A DNA stretch of 64,000 nucleotides from a virus: positions 1 to 64,000 of IMG/VR virus record IMGVR_UViG_3300023184_000048; one strand, 5' to 3'. The notes under the pieces are model-generated. The model was not told where the DNA came from and ran no database searches. It saw only the letters and a list, made by a program, of their open reading frames with translations. Each line of letters begins with the position of its first letter. Within the stretch, counting starts at the first letter, position 1. Shown piece by piece: positions 9,225 through 18,372 of this stretch. Made by a program: the position numbers and the translations under genes.

Positions 9225-10239
9225 TTTACCGGAAGATTATGTAGTTTCTAAGTTCTATGAGCTTGGGTATAAAATATACCACAATCGGTATAATAATACA
9301 TATCAAAGTTGTTGCCCAATCTGTCATGAAGGTAAGTCTTGGGGTAGAAAGCAAAGATGTTACTATATACCAGAGAATAAAAACATTTTTTGTCATAATT
9401 GTGGTGCCTCACACACACCCTACAATTGGATCAGAGAGGTGTCAGGAATGTCCGACACTGAATTGTGGCAGGACTTCAGTAAAGGTTCCTACGAATACCT
9501 AGACGCTGATCCTGTGACTAAAGAGAAGCCAAAACAACCTACTCTTCCAGTTGATTGTATTAATTTATTTGATCCTAATCAAATTAGGTATTATATTGAT
9601 AATACTATCGTCCAATATGCTTGGAATTATGTTCAATCTAGAAGATTGAATACTGCAATCAATAGACCACATGCTGTTTACATATCTTTGAAGGATTACA
9701 CGCATGGTAATCGTTTGGTTATACCATTTAAAGAAGAATCAGATCAAATTGTATTCTATCAATCTAGAAAAATCTTTGATAAGGATGAAAAAGAGAATTA
9801 TATCTCTAAAATGGATTCCGAGAAGACCATTTATGGTATTGAAAGAGTTTCTACTGATATAGACACTGTATTTCTATTTGAAGGACCGATTGATGCCTCA
9901 TTTATTAAGAATGGGCTTGGGGTTGCAGGTATTACTAAAGGTGCTCAAAGATTCACCCAAAAACAAGAAGAACAACTTGAATCAGTTCGATTCTTTGATA
10001 AGATTTGGTTCCTCGATAGTCAATGGTTGGATGAAACATCCAGAATCAAAACAGAAATGTTATTGAAGATGGGTGAGAAGGTATTCATCTGGCCTGAAGC
10101 TTATGGTAAGAAGTTCAAAGACCTTAATGAAATGTGTATTCATCATGGATTGGATCAAATATCACCAAAGTTTGTAAAACAACACTCTATTAGCGGGGAT
10201 GGATCTGTTTTAAAGTTTAAATCAATGATGAAAATTTAG
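9199..10239 (+). CDS. gp61: DNA primase (T4 gp61-like); start uncertain (TTG 9199 or ATG 9169)
   Basis: Zn finger 'CPICHEG...CHNCG', 'RLVIPF', TOPRIM 'FEGPIDASF', 'KDLNEM'. Confidence 0.9.
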   Translation: MSKTKKNFDLPEDYVVSKFYELGYKIYHNRYNNTYQSCCPICHEGKSWGRKQRCYYIPENKNIFCHNCGASHTPYNWIREVSGMSDTELWQDFSKGSYEYLDADPVTKEKPKQPTLPVDCINLFDPNQIRYYIDNTIVQYAWNYVQSRRLNTAINRPHAVYISLKDYTHGNRLVIPFKEESDQIVFYQSRKIFDKDEKENYISKMDSEKTIYGIERVSTDIDTVFLFEGPIDASFIKNGLGVAGITKGAQRFTQKQEEQLESVRFFDKIWFLDSQWLDETSRIKTEMLLKMGEKVFIWPEAYGKKFKDLNEMCIHHGLDQISPKFVKQHSISGDGSVLKFKSMMKI

Positions 10240-10571
10240 TCTTCTCCCCTATCGAAAGCTCCACCAGTGTTGGCTTTAAATCTTGGATTAACTCCCAATT
10301 CTTGCATAGCATCCAAAATCTTATTTTTATCACCAGCATTTATTGATAAAATACTTTTCCAAACCAAACGATCATCCATATTACGAAGCTCATTAACTAA
10401 AGCTGCGACACTTTGGTATTCTTCACTGTTAATTAGATCTGATTCCCAAGTATCTTGATATGCATGATCATCTTGACCATCAGTAGATCCATTATGACCA
10501 CCCGAATGGTCATCAAAGGCTTCTGTATACAGTTTAGCGAGTGCTTCTTGATCTTCTTTAATTAATTTCAT
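10236..10571 (-). CDS. Hypothetical, candidate internal head protein
   Basis: N-terminus 'MKLIKEDQEALAKLYTEAF' resembles prohead-protease-cleaved leaders. Confidence 0.55.
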   Translation of the reverse strand: MKLIKEDQEALAKLYTEAFDDHSGGHNGSTDGQDDHAYQDTWESDLINSEEYQSVAALVNELRNMDDRLVWKSILSINAGDKNKILDAMQELGVNPRFKANTGGAFDRGED

Positions 10572-10600
10572 ATTTTTATAAGTTGTTGATTGTCAGTAAT

Positions 10601-11032
10601 TTATACGTTGCGGTAACGTGGATTGCTTGTTTGAGCCATGAATCCTAAAAAGTTTTGATGGAGAGAAGCCAAGTCAGAAGCAACTCTAGAAATTTTGGAT
10701 TGTTGGGATTGTTTCATCTTATCCATAACAGTATCAGGTTCAGCAGCAGCCAAACGAGATTGAATTGAATCTGGTTGTTCACTATTGAGAAAGGTTAAGA
10801 ATTCTTGAACTTTATCAGTCCATCCTTGAAGTTCTTGCACCATTTGAGCATTTCTGCGACTCATTGCATCCGCAACTTCACTTGTTTGTGCATCTTGAGC
10901 ACCAATAGAAGTATCTACATCGAAATCGGTAGGATCTGTTCCATCGTCAAGACTTGCTTCCATGGCTCTGCGCTCCATATCAGCACTATCCTCTTTGAGA
11001 ACCTTCATAAATTGTTTAGCGAATAAACTCAT
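10601..11032 (-). CDS. Hypothetical late protein, candidate internal head protein
   Basis: Start moved to 'MSLFAKQFMKVLKED' because TAAATA lies 5 nt upstream. Confidence 0.65.
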   Translation of the reverse strand: MSLFAKQFMKVLKEDSADMERRAMEASLDDGTDPTDFDVDTSIGAQDAQTSEVADAMSRRNAQMVQELQGWTDKVQEFLTFLNSEQPDSIQSRLAAAEPDTVMDKMKQSQQSKISRVASDLASLHQNFLGFMAQTSNPRYRNV

Positions 11033-11120
11033 ACGTTTATTTAGCTCAGAGTTAAATATAATCATGGCAAATACCGGAGCATCTCCATATTCAACTTCAT
11101 TTTTGAGTAAGAACATCAAA

Positions 11121-11438
11121 ATGGATTTAGATCCAAGTTCTCAAATGCGTGAGTATAAGAAAAGAGAAGAAGATGCGATTCCTAAAAATACTTTACCATT
11201 TGAATTATCAAACCTCCCAAACCATTTTGCAAATATGGTTGACTGCGGTATTCAAGCTTGTAAAACACTTGAAGACATTTCTAAAACTCCTGATTATGAA
11301 GATTCTGAGGACTTGGCTAAGTTGAAAAGGAATGTTGAGAAGATGGTTGTCTATTTGGTGCAGAATGTAGACCATATTCTTGAAAAATACACGATTGGTG
11401 CTAGGCATGATAAGGATATTGAAGAAAATGATGATTGA
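11121..11438 (+). CDS. Hypothetical protein
   Basis: ATG 11121 (MDLDPSSQ), divergent from the preceding gene. Confidence 0.6.
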   Translation: MDLDPSSQMREYKKREEDAIPKNTLPFELSNLPNHFANMVDCGIQACKTLEDISKTPDYEDSEDLAKLKRNVEKMVVYLVQNVDHILEKYTIGARHDKDIEENDD

Positions 11439-11469
11439 CATTCAGATGTGGTAGCATAGCATTCATAAT

Positions 11470-11670
11470 ATGAATGCCAATAAGAAGACAATCGAGGTTG
11501 ATGTGGGATCTTTACAAGATTTAAAATTTTTTATCTTAAAGCTTGAGAGATGTATAGATAATTCAAAATTGGGTCATGAAAGGTATATGAAACAAGTTTT
11601 GACACTTTTAGATTCTATTATAACGTATGGTGAATGTAGATATGATATTGATCAAATTATTACCAAATAA
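11470..11670 (+). CDS. Hypothetical protein
   Basis: 66 aa; TTGACA-16-TAGCAT promoter-like sequence just upstream. Confidence 0.5.
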   Translation: MNANKKTIEVDVGSLQDLKFFILKLERCIDNSKLGHERYMKQVLTLLDSIITYGECRYDIDQIITK

Positions 11671-11710
11671 AAGACTTCTATTTGAATCAGAATTGAAGTT
11701 TAATCGAAGA

Positions 11711-11917
11711 ATGGCTGTGAAATATGAATTGGATTTTGAAGTTGGGTGTATATTTGACAGATCCTTAAAATATTATGGGAATGCAAATAATAAAGTTCTC
11801 TGTAGAATACAGATGAAATCTGGAAGGGTTGCTGAATATCTACCGACCATAACAAAATATTGGGGTGATACGGGGCAAAAGAGTTGGAAGTTTGAATTCA
11901 TCCGATATTTGGATTGA
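11711..11917 (+). CDS. Hypothetical protein
   Basis: Probable start MAVKYEL within the 11627..11917 ORF. Confidence 0.45.
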   Translation: MAVKYELDFEVGCIFDRSLKYYGNANNKVLCRIQMKSGRVAEYLPTITKYWGDTGQKSWKFEFIRYLD

Positions 11918-11947
11918 TTAATCCACTCCATGTGCTAAATTACTCAT

Positions 11948-12430
11948 ATGGAGTTTCTAAAAAGTAAAGAATTTAAGACTGGTGTGTTGTTTTGCCTAAT
12001 TGCTGTATCGTTGTCGTTTGGTTTGAGCGGGATTTTGAATTTCTGGAAATCTTTGGCGATTTTCCTTGCCATTGAGACAACAATCTATTATTTTGTATTC
12101 TTCAACGAAGAAGTTCCTGTGATTCAAGACAATACTGAATTTGACAAGATTGTGGCCGAATTGGGAGGAATGGTTGAGGAACAAGGAGAAGTCATTATGG
12201 AATATGAAGCAATTTTTGATTCTCAATTAGTTGAATTGCCTTGTGTATGTGGTGGAAACACCTTTCAGGGATTATTTTCACCAAAAGTTGAGAATATCGT
12301 AGAGTGTGAGAAGTGTGAAAGTAAGTATCGAGTGAATGTTTCGTATCAATCAGTGCTTATTTCAGAACCTCTTGATATTGATAACAATGATATGATTGAA
12401 AAAATTAAAAGTGTGGAGAAACCAGAATAA
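11948..12430 (+). CDS. Membrane protein with C-terminal zinc ribbon
   Basis: Two hydrophobic helices, a coiled segment, then 'CVCG...CEKC'. Confidence 0.65.
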   Translation: MEFLKSKEFKTGVLFCLIAVSLSFGLSGILNFWKSLAIFLAIETTIYYFVFFNEEVPVIQDNTEFDKIVAELGGMVEEQGEVIMEYEAIFDSQLVELPCVCGGNTFQGLFSPKVENIVECEKCESKYRVNVSYQSVLISEPLDIDNNDMIEKIKSVEKPE

Positions 12431-12431
12431 T

Positions 12432-12839
12432 ATGAGAGAAATTAAATTTAGATTTTGGAATAAAGATCAAAAAAAGTTTTATTATGCTGATACTCTAGAA
12501 TCTATTTCTACTATTGGGAAATTGGCTGGAAATATTCCATTAAATTGGATGGATTATCAACAATACACAGGGCTAAAAGACAAAAACAGTAAAGATGTTT
12601 ATGAAGGTGATATTCTCAAGGCTTATGCAAATAATACTGGTGGGTGGGGTGTAGATCAAGGACAATATGATTATTATTTGAAAAATGGTTTGAAGATTGT
12701 AACATTTAAAGATAATAGAATGTGTTTAGTTGATGCAGATAAGAATAATATATCCAATATGACATATGGGTTGAATGAAAACGTTGAAGTGGTTGGTAAT
12801 ATTTTTGAAAATCCTGAATTACTCATTGACATTAATTAA
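12432..12839 (+). CDS. yopX: YopX-family protein (copy 1)
   Basis: 'MREIKFRFW', 'QQYTGLKDKNSKDVYEGDI', 'VVGNIFENPELL'. Confidence 0.9.
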   Translation: MREIKFRFWNKDQKKFYYADTLESISTIGKLAGNIPLNWMDYQQYTGLKDKNSKDVYEGDILKAYANNTGGWGVDQGQYDYYLKNGLKIVTFKDNRMCLVDADKNNISNMTYGLNENVEVVGNIFENPELLIDIN

Positions 12840-12854
12840 AAACTAGACCATAAT
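12826..12854 (+). promoter_or_regulatory. Sigma70-like promoter with conserved ATTAAAAACTAG spacer
   Basis: TTGACA-TTAATTAAAAACTAGAC-CATAAT. Confidence 0.7.
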
Positions 12855-12863
12855 CACCTCAAC

Positions 12864-13127
12864 ATGAAAAACATGATTGAAATAAACAGAAATGACGGTT
12901 CCATCGAGGAAATGACGATTGAGGAGTTCACAAGATGGATGTGTTTGGTGGAGGCATTTGATTTTATCGAGAAAAAGGCGAAAGATTTGGGGGTGGATTG
13001 GTTGAATATGATCAAACCATTGGCAATTGAGACATATATTCATGGGAATGTGTCTCAGGGTGTTGATGGGAGATATTTATCAATGTTACACGATGTGGAG
13101 TGTGAGCATAAAATGGGCCTAATTTAA
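12864..13127 (+). CDS. Hypothetical protein
   Basis: 87 aa ORF directly after the promoter motif. Confidence 0.65.
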   Translation: MKNMIEINRNDGSIEEMTIEEFTRWMCLVEAFDFIEKKAKDLGVDWLNMIKPLAIETYIHGNVSQGVDGRYLSMLHDVECEHKMGLI

Positions 13128-13130
13128 TTT

Positions 13131-13340
13131 ATGGCTACTGAAATCAGAGATTGGAACTCTAGATGTAAACATCTTAAAAATGTTTATTGGTTGGAGGAGG
13201 GAACTATAGATATCTATAAAGATTTGATTAATGATATTGATTATGCTTGCTATGATACTGAAAATGCATCACCCCAAGTAAAAATTGATAGGATTGTCGA
13301 AGCGTTTTATAAAAATGGTTATCAAATAACAAAAAAATAA
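13131..13340 (+). CDS. Hypothetical protein
   Basis: 69 aa ORF in an operon. Confidence 0.5.
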   Translation: MATEIRDWNSRCKHLKNVYWLEEGTIDIYKDLINDIDYACYDTENASPQVKIDRIVEAFYKNGYQITKK

Positions 13341-14158
13341 TGAACATTCTATTCCAAAACGATTATTTCCCAGAAGAACAAGCAATTTGGGAAAAATATG
13401 GAGCAAAAGTTATCCATGGATTATGCCCAGAGAAAGTTATCAAAGAATTTTCTCCAGTTGTAGCCAGAGGAACCATTGCTTTTGATCGAAGTGTTAAACA
13501 ATCATTGAAGTATAATGGTTGGCCCAATATCATGTGGCCTTTTAATAATGATTGGAAGGTTTATAATTATGACTATCTGATGAATTTTAATGATTTGTTG
13601 AATGATGATGCTGAAATTATCATAGATACTGAATGGTCAAATGATCCTATAGATGATGTCTGGTCAGCGATTACACATTCAGAGGGTAAAAAGCTTTGGG
13701 TGAGGTCCAATTCAGGCAGTAAACAATTTTCTGGTGGTGTCTTCACAGAAGAAGAATTTCTCAAAGAGCGTGATTACCTTAAACAAAAAGGTATTAACTT
13801 GGATTTTGTCATAGCATCACCCAAAAAGATTTATAAAGAGTGGAGGTGTGTCATTATTAATCATGAAGTCATTTCTTCATCTCAATATATGAAGAATTGT
13901 GAACCAGAAACCAAATCATACACTGAAACACCAGAAGGAGTCATAAAATTCGCAAACTATTGGGCAAAGAAACACATGTTTATGTTCCCAGACTCATATG
14001 TTTTAGACGTATGTGATGTTGGTAAACTGGTTGGTGGTTATTATGAAGATGATTATCGTGTATGTGAGGTGAATTCATTACTTTCATCAGGGTGGTATGA
14101 ATGTGATATTGAAAGAATTGTGGATATTATTGTGAATCAATTAGAACAAATTGGATGA
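13340..14158 (+). CDS. ATP-grasp domain protein (R2K/DUF4343-like)
   Basis: 'LWVRSNSGSKQFSGGVF', 'KEWRCVII', 'YVLDVC', 'VCEVNSLLSSGWY'. Confidence 0.75.
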   Translation: MNILFQNDYFPEEQAIWEKYGAKVIHGLCPEKVIKEFSPVVARGTIAFDRSVKQSLKYNGWPNIMWPFNNDWKVYNYDYLMNFNDLLNDDAEIIIDTEWSNDPIDDVWSAITHSEGKKLWVRSNSGSKQFSGGVFTEEEFLKERDYLKQKGINLDFVIASPKKIYKEWRCVIINHEVISSSQYMKNCEPETKSYTETPEGVIKFANYWAKKHMFMFPDSYVLDVCDVGKLVGGYYEDDYRVCEVNSLLSSGWYECDIERIVDIIVNQLEQIG

Positions 14159-15006
14159 GAAAATTAACTATAGGATTTGCTACACATGATGACTACGATG
14201 GTCTGTTTTTCAGTATTCAGAGCATCAGAATGCACCATAAAGAAGTTTTAGATGATATCGAATGGGTGATTATTGATAATAATCCCGGAAGTGCTCATGG
14301 AAAAGCTATTCAAAGCTTCCTAAGCAACTTAAAAGAACCATTTCAATACTTACCATTCACAAAATATCAATCAACTACTGTAAAAAATAAAGTTTTCGAG
14401 CTTGCTGATACTCCGTATGTATTATGTATGGATAGTCATGTATTATTAGTTCCCGGATGTCTTAAGAAACTTATAGATTTTTATGATGCTGGTAAAGATG
14501 CTGGTAATCTCCTGCAAGGACCATTATTATACGATGATATGGTGTCTATAAGCACACATTTTAATCTTGGCAAATGGTCAAGTCATATGTGGGGGACTTG
14601 GGATACTGATGAACGTGGTAGAGATCCTAATAATGATCCATTTGAAATACCAGCACAAGGAATGGGTTTATTTTCATGTAGGAAAGATGTTTGGCCGGGA
14701 TTTAACAAAGAATTTAGGGGATTTGGAGGAGAAGAGGGATATATCCATGAAAAGTTTAGAAAAAGAGGCAGAAAAACATTATGCCTACCATTTCTAAGAT
14801 GGAATCATCGCTTCGCAAGACCGAATGGGATTTCATATCCTAATAATTTGGAGGAAAGGTTCACAAATTATATTATAGGATTCAGAGAGCTTGGATTAGA
14901 CCCATCGGAATTAATTGATCACTTTTCCGATTCCTTGGGTAAGGATAAGATATCCAACATTGTCAAAAATTTAGAGGACCAGACCAGACCACACAATTCT
15001 CATTAG
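14155..15006 (+). CDS. Glycosyltransferase family 2 (GT-A fold)
   Basis: 'LTIGFAT', 'WVIIDNN', 'VLCMDSH' (DxD-like), 'FRGFGGEE'. Confidence 0.8.
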   Translation: MRKLTIGFATHDDYDGLFFSIQSIRMHHKEVLDDIEWVIIDNNPGSAHGKAIQSFLSNLKEPFQYLPFTKYQSTTVKNKVFELADTPYVLCMDSHVLLVPGCLKKLIDFYDAGKDAGNLLQGPLLYDDMVSISTHFNLGKWSSHMWGTWDTDERGRDPNNDPFEIPAQGMGLFSCRKDVWPGFNKEFRGFGGEEGYIHEKFRKRGRKTLCLPFLRWNHRFARPNGISYPNNLEERFTNYIIGFRELGLDPSELIDHFSDSLGKDKISNIVKNLEDQTRPHNSH

Positions 15007-15445
15007 TTTTTGAGGATTGTTTATTTATAACAATTGGTGCTTGGGTAGTTGAAGTTGTTGTTAGGGTAGTCGAAGTGGTGGTCGTAGTTGTCACAACACT
15101 TCCCAACTCATTCAACTGATATACATTTGGTATTGTGGTTGTTGAAATCTTGATGTTATCTGGTGGTGTTCTTGTTGTTGGGAGTGTTACAATTGGGGGG
15201 AATTGAGGTATTTCTGGAACATCGGGATAACAAGGAACACAATCCGTCGTGGTCGGGTATTGAGTTGTGGATGATGTGGTTGTAGTTGTGGAGGATGTGG
15301 TCGTCGTTGGTGTAAGCGTCGTTGGATTTGGTGTAAGCGTAGTTGGTGTTGAGGTTAGTGGGGGAGTAAGCGTAGTTGGAGTAAGCGTAGTTGGAGTAAG
15401 CGTAGTTGGAGTAAGCGTAGTTGGTGGAAATGTTGTTTCGGGCAT
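14963..15445 (-). CDS. Thr/Pro-rich mucin-like low-complexity protein
   Basis: PTTLT repeats and long Thr runs; last gene of the minus-strand virion operon. Confidence 0.7.
   Translation of the reverse strand: MPETTFPPTTLTPTTLTPTTLTPTTLTPPLTSTPTTLTPNPTTLTPTTTTSSTTTTTSSTTQYPTTTDCVPCYPDVPEIPQFPPIVTLPTTRTPPDNIKISTTTIPNVYQLNELGSVVTTTTTTSTTLTTTSTTQAPIVINKQSSKTNENCVVWSGPLNF
15363..15422. repeat. Four perfect tandem copies of a 15-nt unit (GGAGTAAGCGTAGTT), with degenerate copies to about 15300
   Basis: Read directly; encodes (T/P)TLTP repeats on the minus strand. Confidence 0.95.
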
Positions 15446-16254
15446 TATAGTATTCCAGATAAAGTTTTATATTCTGTGATTATGTCCAAAATTGGATTAC
15501 AAGCAACAGTTTCGTAAGTAGGTAGATCTAAACAGCCTTGAGTATGAAAGTTTTTCAAGAAAATTGTTGATGATCCCTGAATATTTGTCGATATCGGGGA
15601 GCAAAATGTAAATCCGGGGTATAAATTATCATAATTATCCATATCATAGGATATTGGTAAATTTAAAAGATTTGTATATTGTGAATTCTCTCTCTTATCC
15701 AGATACAATCGTTTGCCACCATTAGAAAATCTAAATCTTAATGTTTTATATTCTTTTGTAGATGATGATAAGAAGAATGTGGAATCCAACGATGACAATG
15801 CTTCATTATATATGACTGTATTATTGGAATCTCTTATGATTAAAGAATTTTTCTTCAATTGATTGATTCCAACCCCAGAATTGTCTGTAGAAGATAAGGC
15901 AAATAATCCCGTGGAGTCAAATGCTATTGCAAGTATTCCTGTGGTGTCATATGAGGACAGATTTGATGAATCATTGAAGAGGATTCTATCACCTGTCTCG
16001 TTCAAGATAATGTTTCCATACTCATCGAGGAGATACTTGGAATTTCCTAAATATCCTAGATATTGACCCGGAATGGCACTGGTCAGAGACGATGTTGTTG
16101 TCAGAAATGTGCAAAAAGCATGTTGGTTAGTTCCAGTTAATGCATACGAGAAACTCCAAGTAATATCCCAATGAGGATTGTATGGTGTTTTGGTATCTAC
16201 AAAACCATAGTATTTTGAATTGATTGGTAATAATACATCAGAGGGATATGGCAT
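15445..16254 (-). CDS. Putative virion structural protein
   Basis: Beta-rich, lectin-like composition; carries an 'LLDEYGNIILNETG' motif; in the structural operon. Confidence 0.6.
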   Translation of the reverse strand: MPYPSDVLLPINSKYYGFVDTKTPYNPHWDITWSFSYALTGTNQHAFCTFLTTTSSLTSAIPGQYLGYLGNSKYLLDEYGNIILNETGDRILFNDSSNLSSYDTTGILAIAFDSTGLFALSSTDNSGVGINQLKKNSLIIRDSNNTVIYNEALSSLDSTFFLSSSTKEYKTLRFRFSNGGKRLYLDKRENSQYTNLLNLPISYDMDNYDNLYPGFTFCSPISTNIQGSSTIFLKNFHTQGCLDLPTYETVACNPILDIITEYKTLSGIL

Positions 16255-16256
16255 TG

Positions 16257-17114
16257 TTAATATGAAATTGTGATGATTACATTTGCATCTGTGGTTGTGG
16301 TATTGTTACCACTTAATACCTTGACATAACACGCAGAATTATTTACTGATATGGTCCTAGCTTGAGCAGTAACAACATCTGATCCATATATGGTGACTAT
16401 GGGATATAGATTTGCTGTTGTCAGGGGGGTATAATTAAACTTATAATCCCCTGCCGATAATCTAGTTACGCTTGTTATGTTTCTGGAATATCTCAATGTT
16501 TGTCCAGATAATCCATCATATACTGCGTGTAACTGGTTACTGAGCAGAACTAAATTAGATGATAGGGTGTTCACACCAGATGATAGCTTATTACCATTGA
16601 CATAACCAGTCAAACCACTCGAAACAGTGATAGTTTTTGTTGATACCGATTGGAAAGGTATGTTAGCTGATAATGCCAATTTGCCAGAGTTCAAAATAAT
16701 AGATCCAGAAACAAGATCATTTGATAATGCATTTGCTGACAATGGGTTCAAAGAAATTTCGTTACTTAATCCTATAGTCAGGTATCCATCAGCCGATGAA
16801 TACACCCCAGCGACACATTCCCAGTCTGTGATTGTGGACCCGTCATTGACATTTAGTTGATAAAGCTTACTGTGGTCAGTATCATATGCAAAATCCCCAA
16901 TTTCGGCAGGTGCCAATGTTGTTATATTAACAGCTCTTCCAGCAAATTTATTACCCACAACATCGCCACCATTAGAGTATCCATTCCCGACAAAAAGTCT
17001 TCTCGTATCTGAAGAATAACCAAATTCTCCTGAATTTAGTAATACATTTTTTCTATCAGAGTCCGCACCCTGACGAGATATTAAGCGAATGATTGTATTT
17101 GATAAAATTTCCAT
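16257..17114 (-). CDS. Tail fibre-like protein with Mtd/hyaluronidase-type N-terminal attachment motif
   Basis: 'RLISRQG...R...LNSGEFGYSSDTRRLFVGNG'; Ser/Gly/Thr-rich. Confidence 0.7.
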   Translation of the reverse strand: MEILSNTIIRLISRQGADSDRKNVLLNSGEFGYSSDTRRLFVGNGYSNGGDVVGNKFAGRAVNITTLAPAEIGDFAYDTDHSKLYQLNVNDGSTITDWECVAGVYSSADGYLTIGLSNEISLNPLSANALSNDLVSGSIILNSGKLALSANIPFQSVSTKTITVSSGLTGYVNGNKLSSGVNTLSSNLVLLSNQLHAVYDGLSGQTLRYSRNITSVTRLSAGDYKFNYTPLTTANLYPIVTIYGSDVVTAQARTISVNNSACYVKVLSGNNTTTTDANVIITISY

Positions 17115-17122
17115 AATTTAAA

Positions 17123-18367
17123 TTAGTATGCGAAGATAGGAATTGCAAATCTTCCTACAGAAGATCCATTTCTGGTGGTCGTCGGTCCTTCAAATGTGAT
17201 AAATCCAGCACTGGAGAGAGTCACAGTGTAACCGTTTATATCAGTTGCTGTAAATCTAGCGATTTGAAGCCCCGGAATACCCCCAGAGAGAGTTTGTGAA
17301 GGTGTTCCATTGAATATACTGGACAACGAGTTGGACACGTTGAGTGAGCTTAGGGCTGAGTTGCCTGTTAATGCTCCGTAGATTGATGAAACTTGATTTG
17401 TAACCCTTCCAAATTGATCAACAGTGATTTTGGCGAGTTGATTTGTTCCTGAAACGGCATCATTCTTAATACTGATACCTCCGGTAAGATTTCTGACCAA
17501 TGAAACATTATCAACATCAACTAAAGTGGTTGATAATCTTGTTGTTGATAAATTATATGATAATCCTGATCCAAAAATAGAAGGATTTATCGAAATCCCA
17601 CCAGAAACAGTTTTACTTATTGAGGTTCCATGTGTATCAGTGAGGGTTGCATAAATCTTTTGTAAACCAGTGCTATAATTTAACCCATCTCCAAACCATG
17701 ATGCGCTCAAATCTTCAAAAGTCATAGTGAAAGTTGGGAGATTTGATAAACTGAGAGTATTATTCGAGAAGTAGAAGTAATAAGGGTCAACATTTAGGGA
17801 TATCTTTGATCCAGAACCACCAGTCAGACCATTTCCAAGTGTTGTTGAGTTGATTTCTCTCTCATCTATACCATTAGCTTTGAGCGATAGTTGAAAAGCT
17901 GATATTTCAAAGCTTTTTGTATTATAATCTGACTGTAATACACCATTTTCAATTTTAATTCCATTATATACAGTGGATGATTTTATATATTTTGCTGAAA
18001 TAGAGTCAGTATTCAGATCCAAACGATTCTGAGAATCATAATTAAAGAATAATGAATTATATCTTAAACTCACATCAGCCCAAGACCCAACATTTGTATA
18101 ATCACTTGCTGTTAATTGATAAAATTTGTTATTAACATTACAAATATCACCAACTTCAGCATTTATGTTCGAAATGGAGTAATAATTTGTTGTAATTGGA
18201 TGTATTTTCGATCCAACAACTGAACCACCACTCAGAGTTCCAGTTCCGATGAACAATCTTTTTGTGTCAACTGTGTAAATTGGTTCACCCTGATCAAAAA
18301 TTTGAAATTTTCTTTGATCATCTGATCCTCTTCTGAGTTTAATTTTTGAAATTTTTACGTTTGGCAT
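17123..18367 (-). CDS. Tail fibre-like protein with Mtd/hyaluronidase-type N-terminal motif
   Basis: 'KIKLRRGSD..R...DQGEPIYTVDTKRLFIGTG'; 'KITVDQFGRVT' fibre motif. Confidence 0.7.
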   Translation of the reverse strand: MPNVKISKIKLRRGSDDQRKFQIFDQGEPIYTVDTKRLFIGTGTLSGGSVVGSKIHPITTNYYSISNINAEVGDICNVNNKFYQLTASDYTNVGSWADVSLRYNSLFFNYDSQNRLDLNTDSISAKYIKSSTVYNGIKIENGVLQSDYNTKSFEISAFQLSLKANGIDEREINSTTLGNGLTGGSGSKISLNVDPYYFYFSNNTLSLSNLPTFTMTFEDLSASWFGDGLNYSTGLQKIYATLTDTHGTSISKTVSGGISINPSIFGSGLSYNLSTTRLSTTLVDVDNVSLVRNLTGGISIKNDAVSGTNQLAKITVDQFGRVTNQVSSIYGALTGNSALSSLNVSNSLSSIFNGTPSQTLSGGIPGLQIARFTATDINGYTVTLSSAGFITFEGPTTTRNGSSVGRFAIPIFAY

Positions 18368-18372
18368 ATAAA

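Noticed and set aside
15300-15422. Tandem repeat as a CRISPR array
   Set aside because: 15-nt units with no spacers, in frame within a coding sequence; no cas genes.
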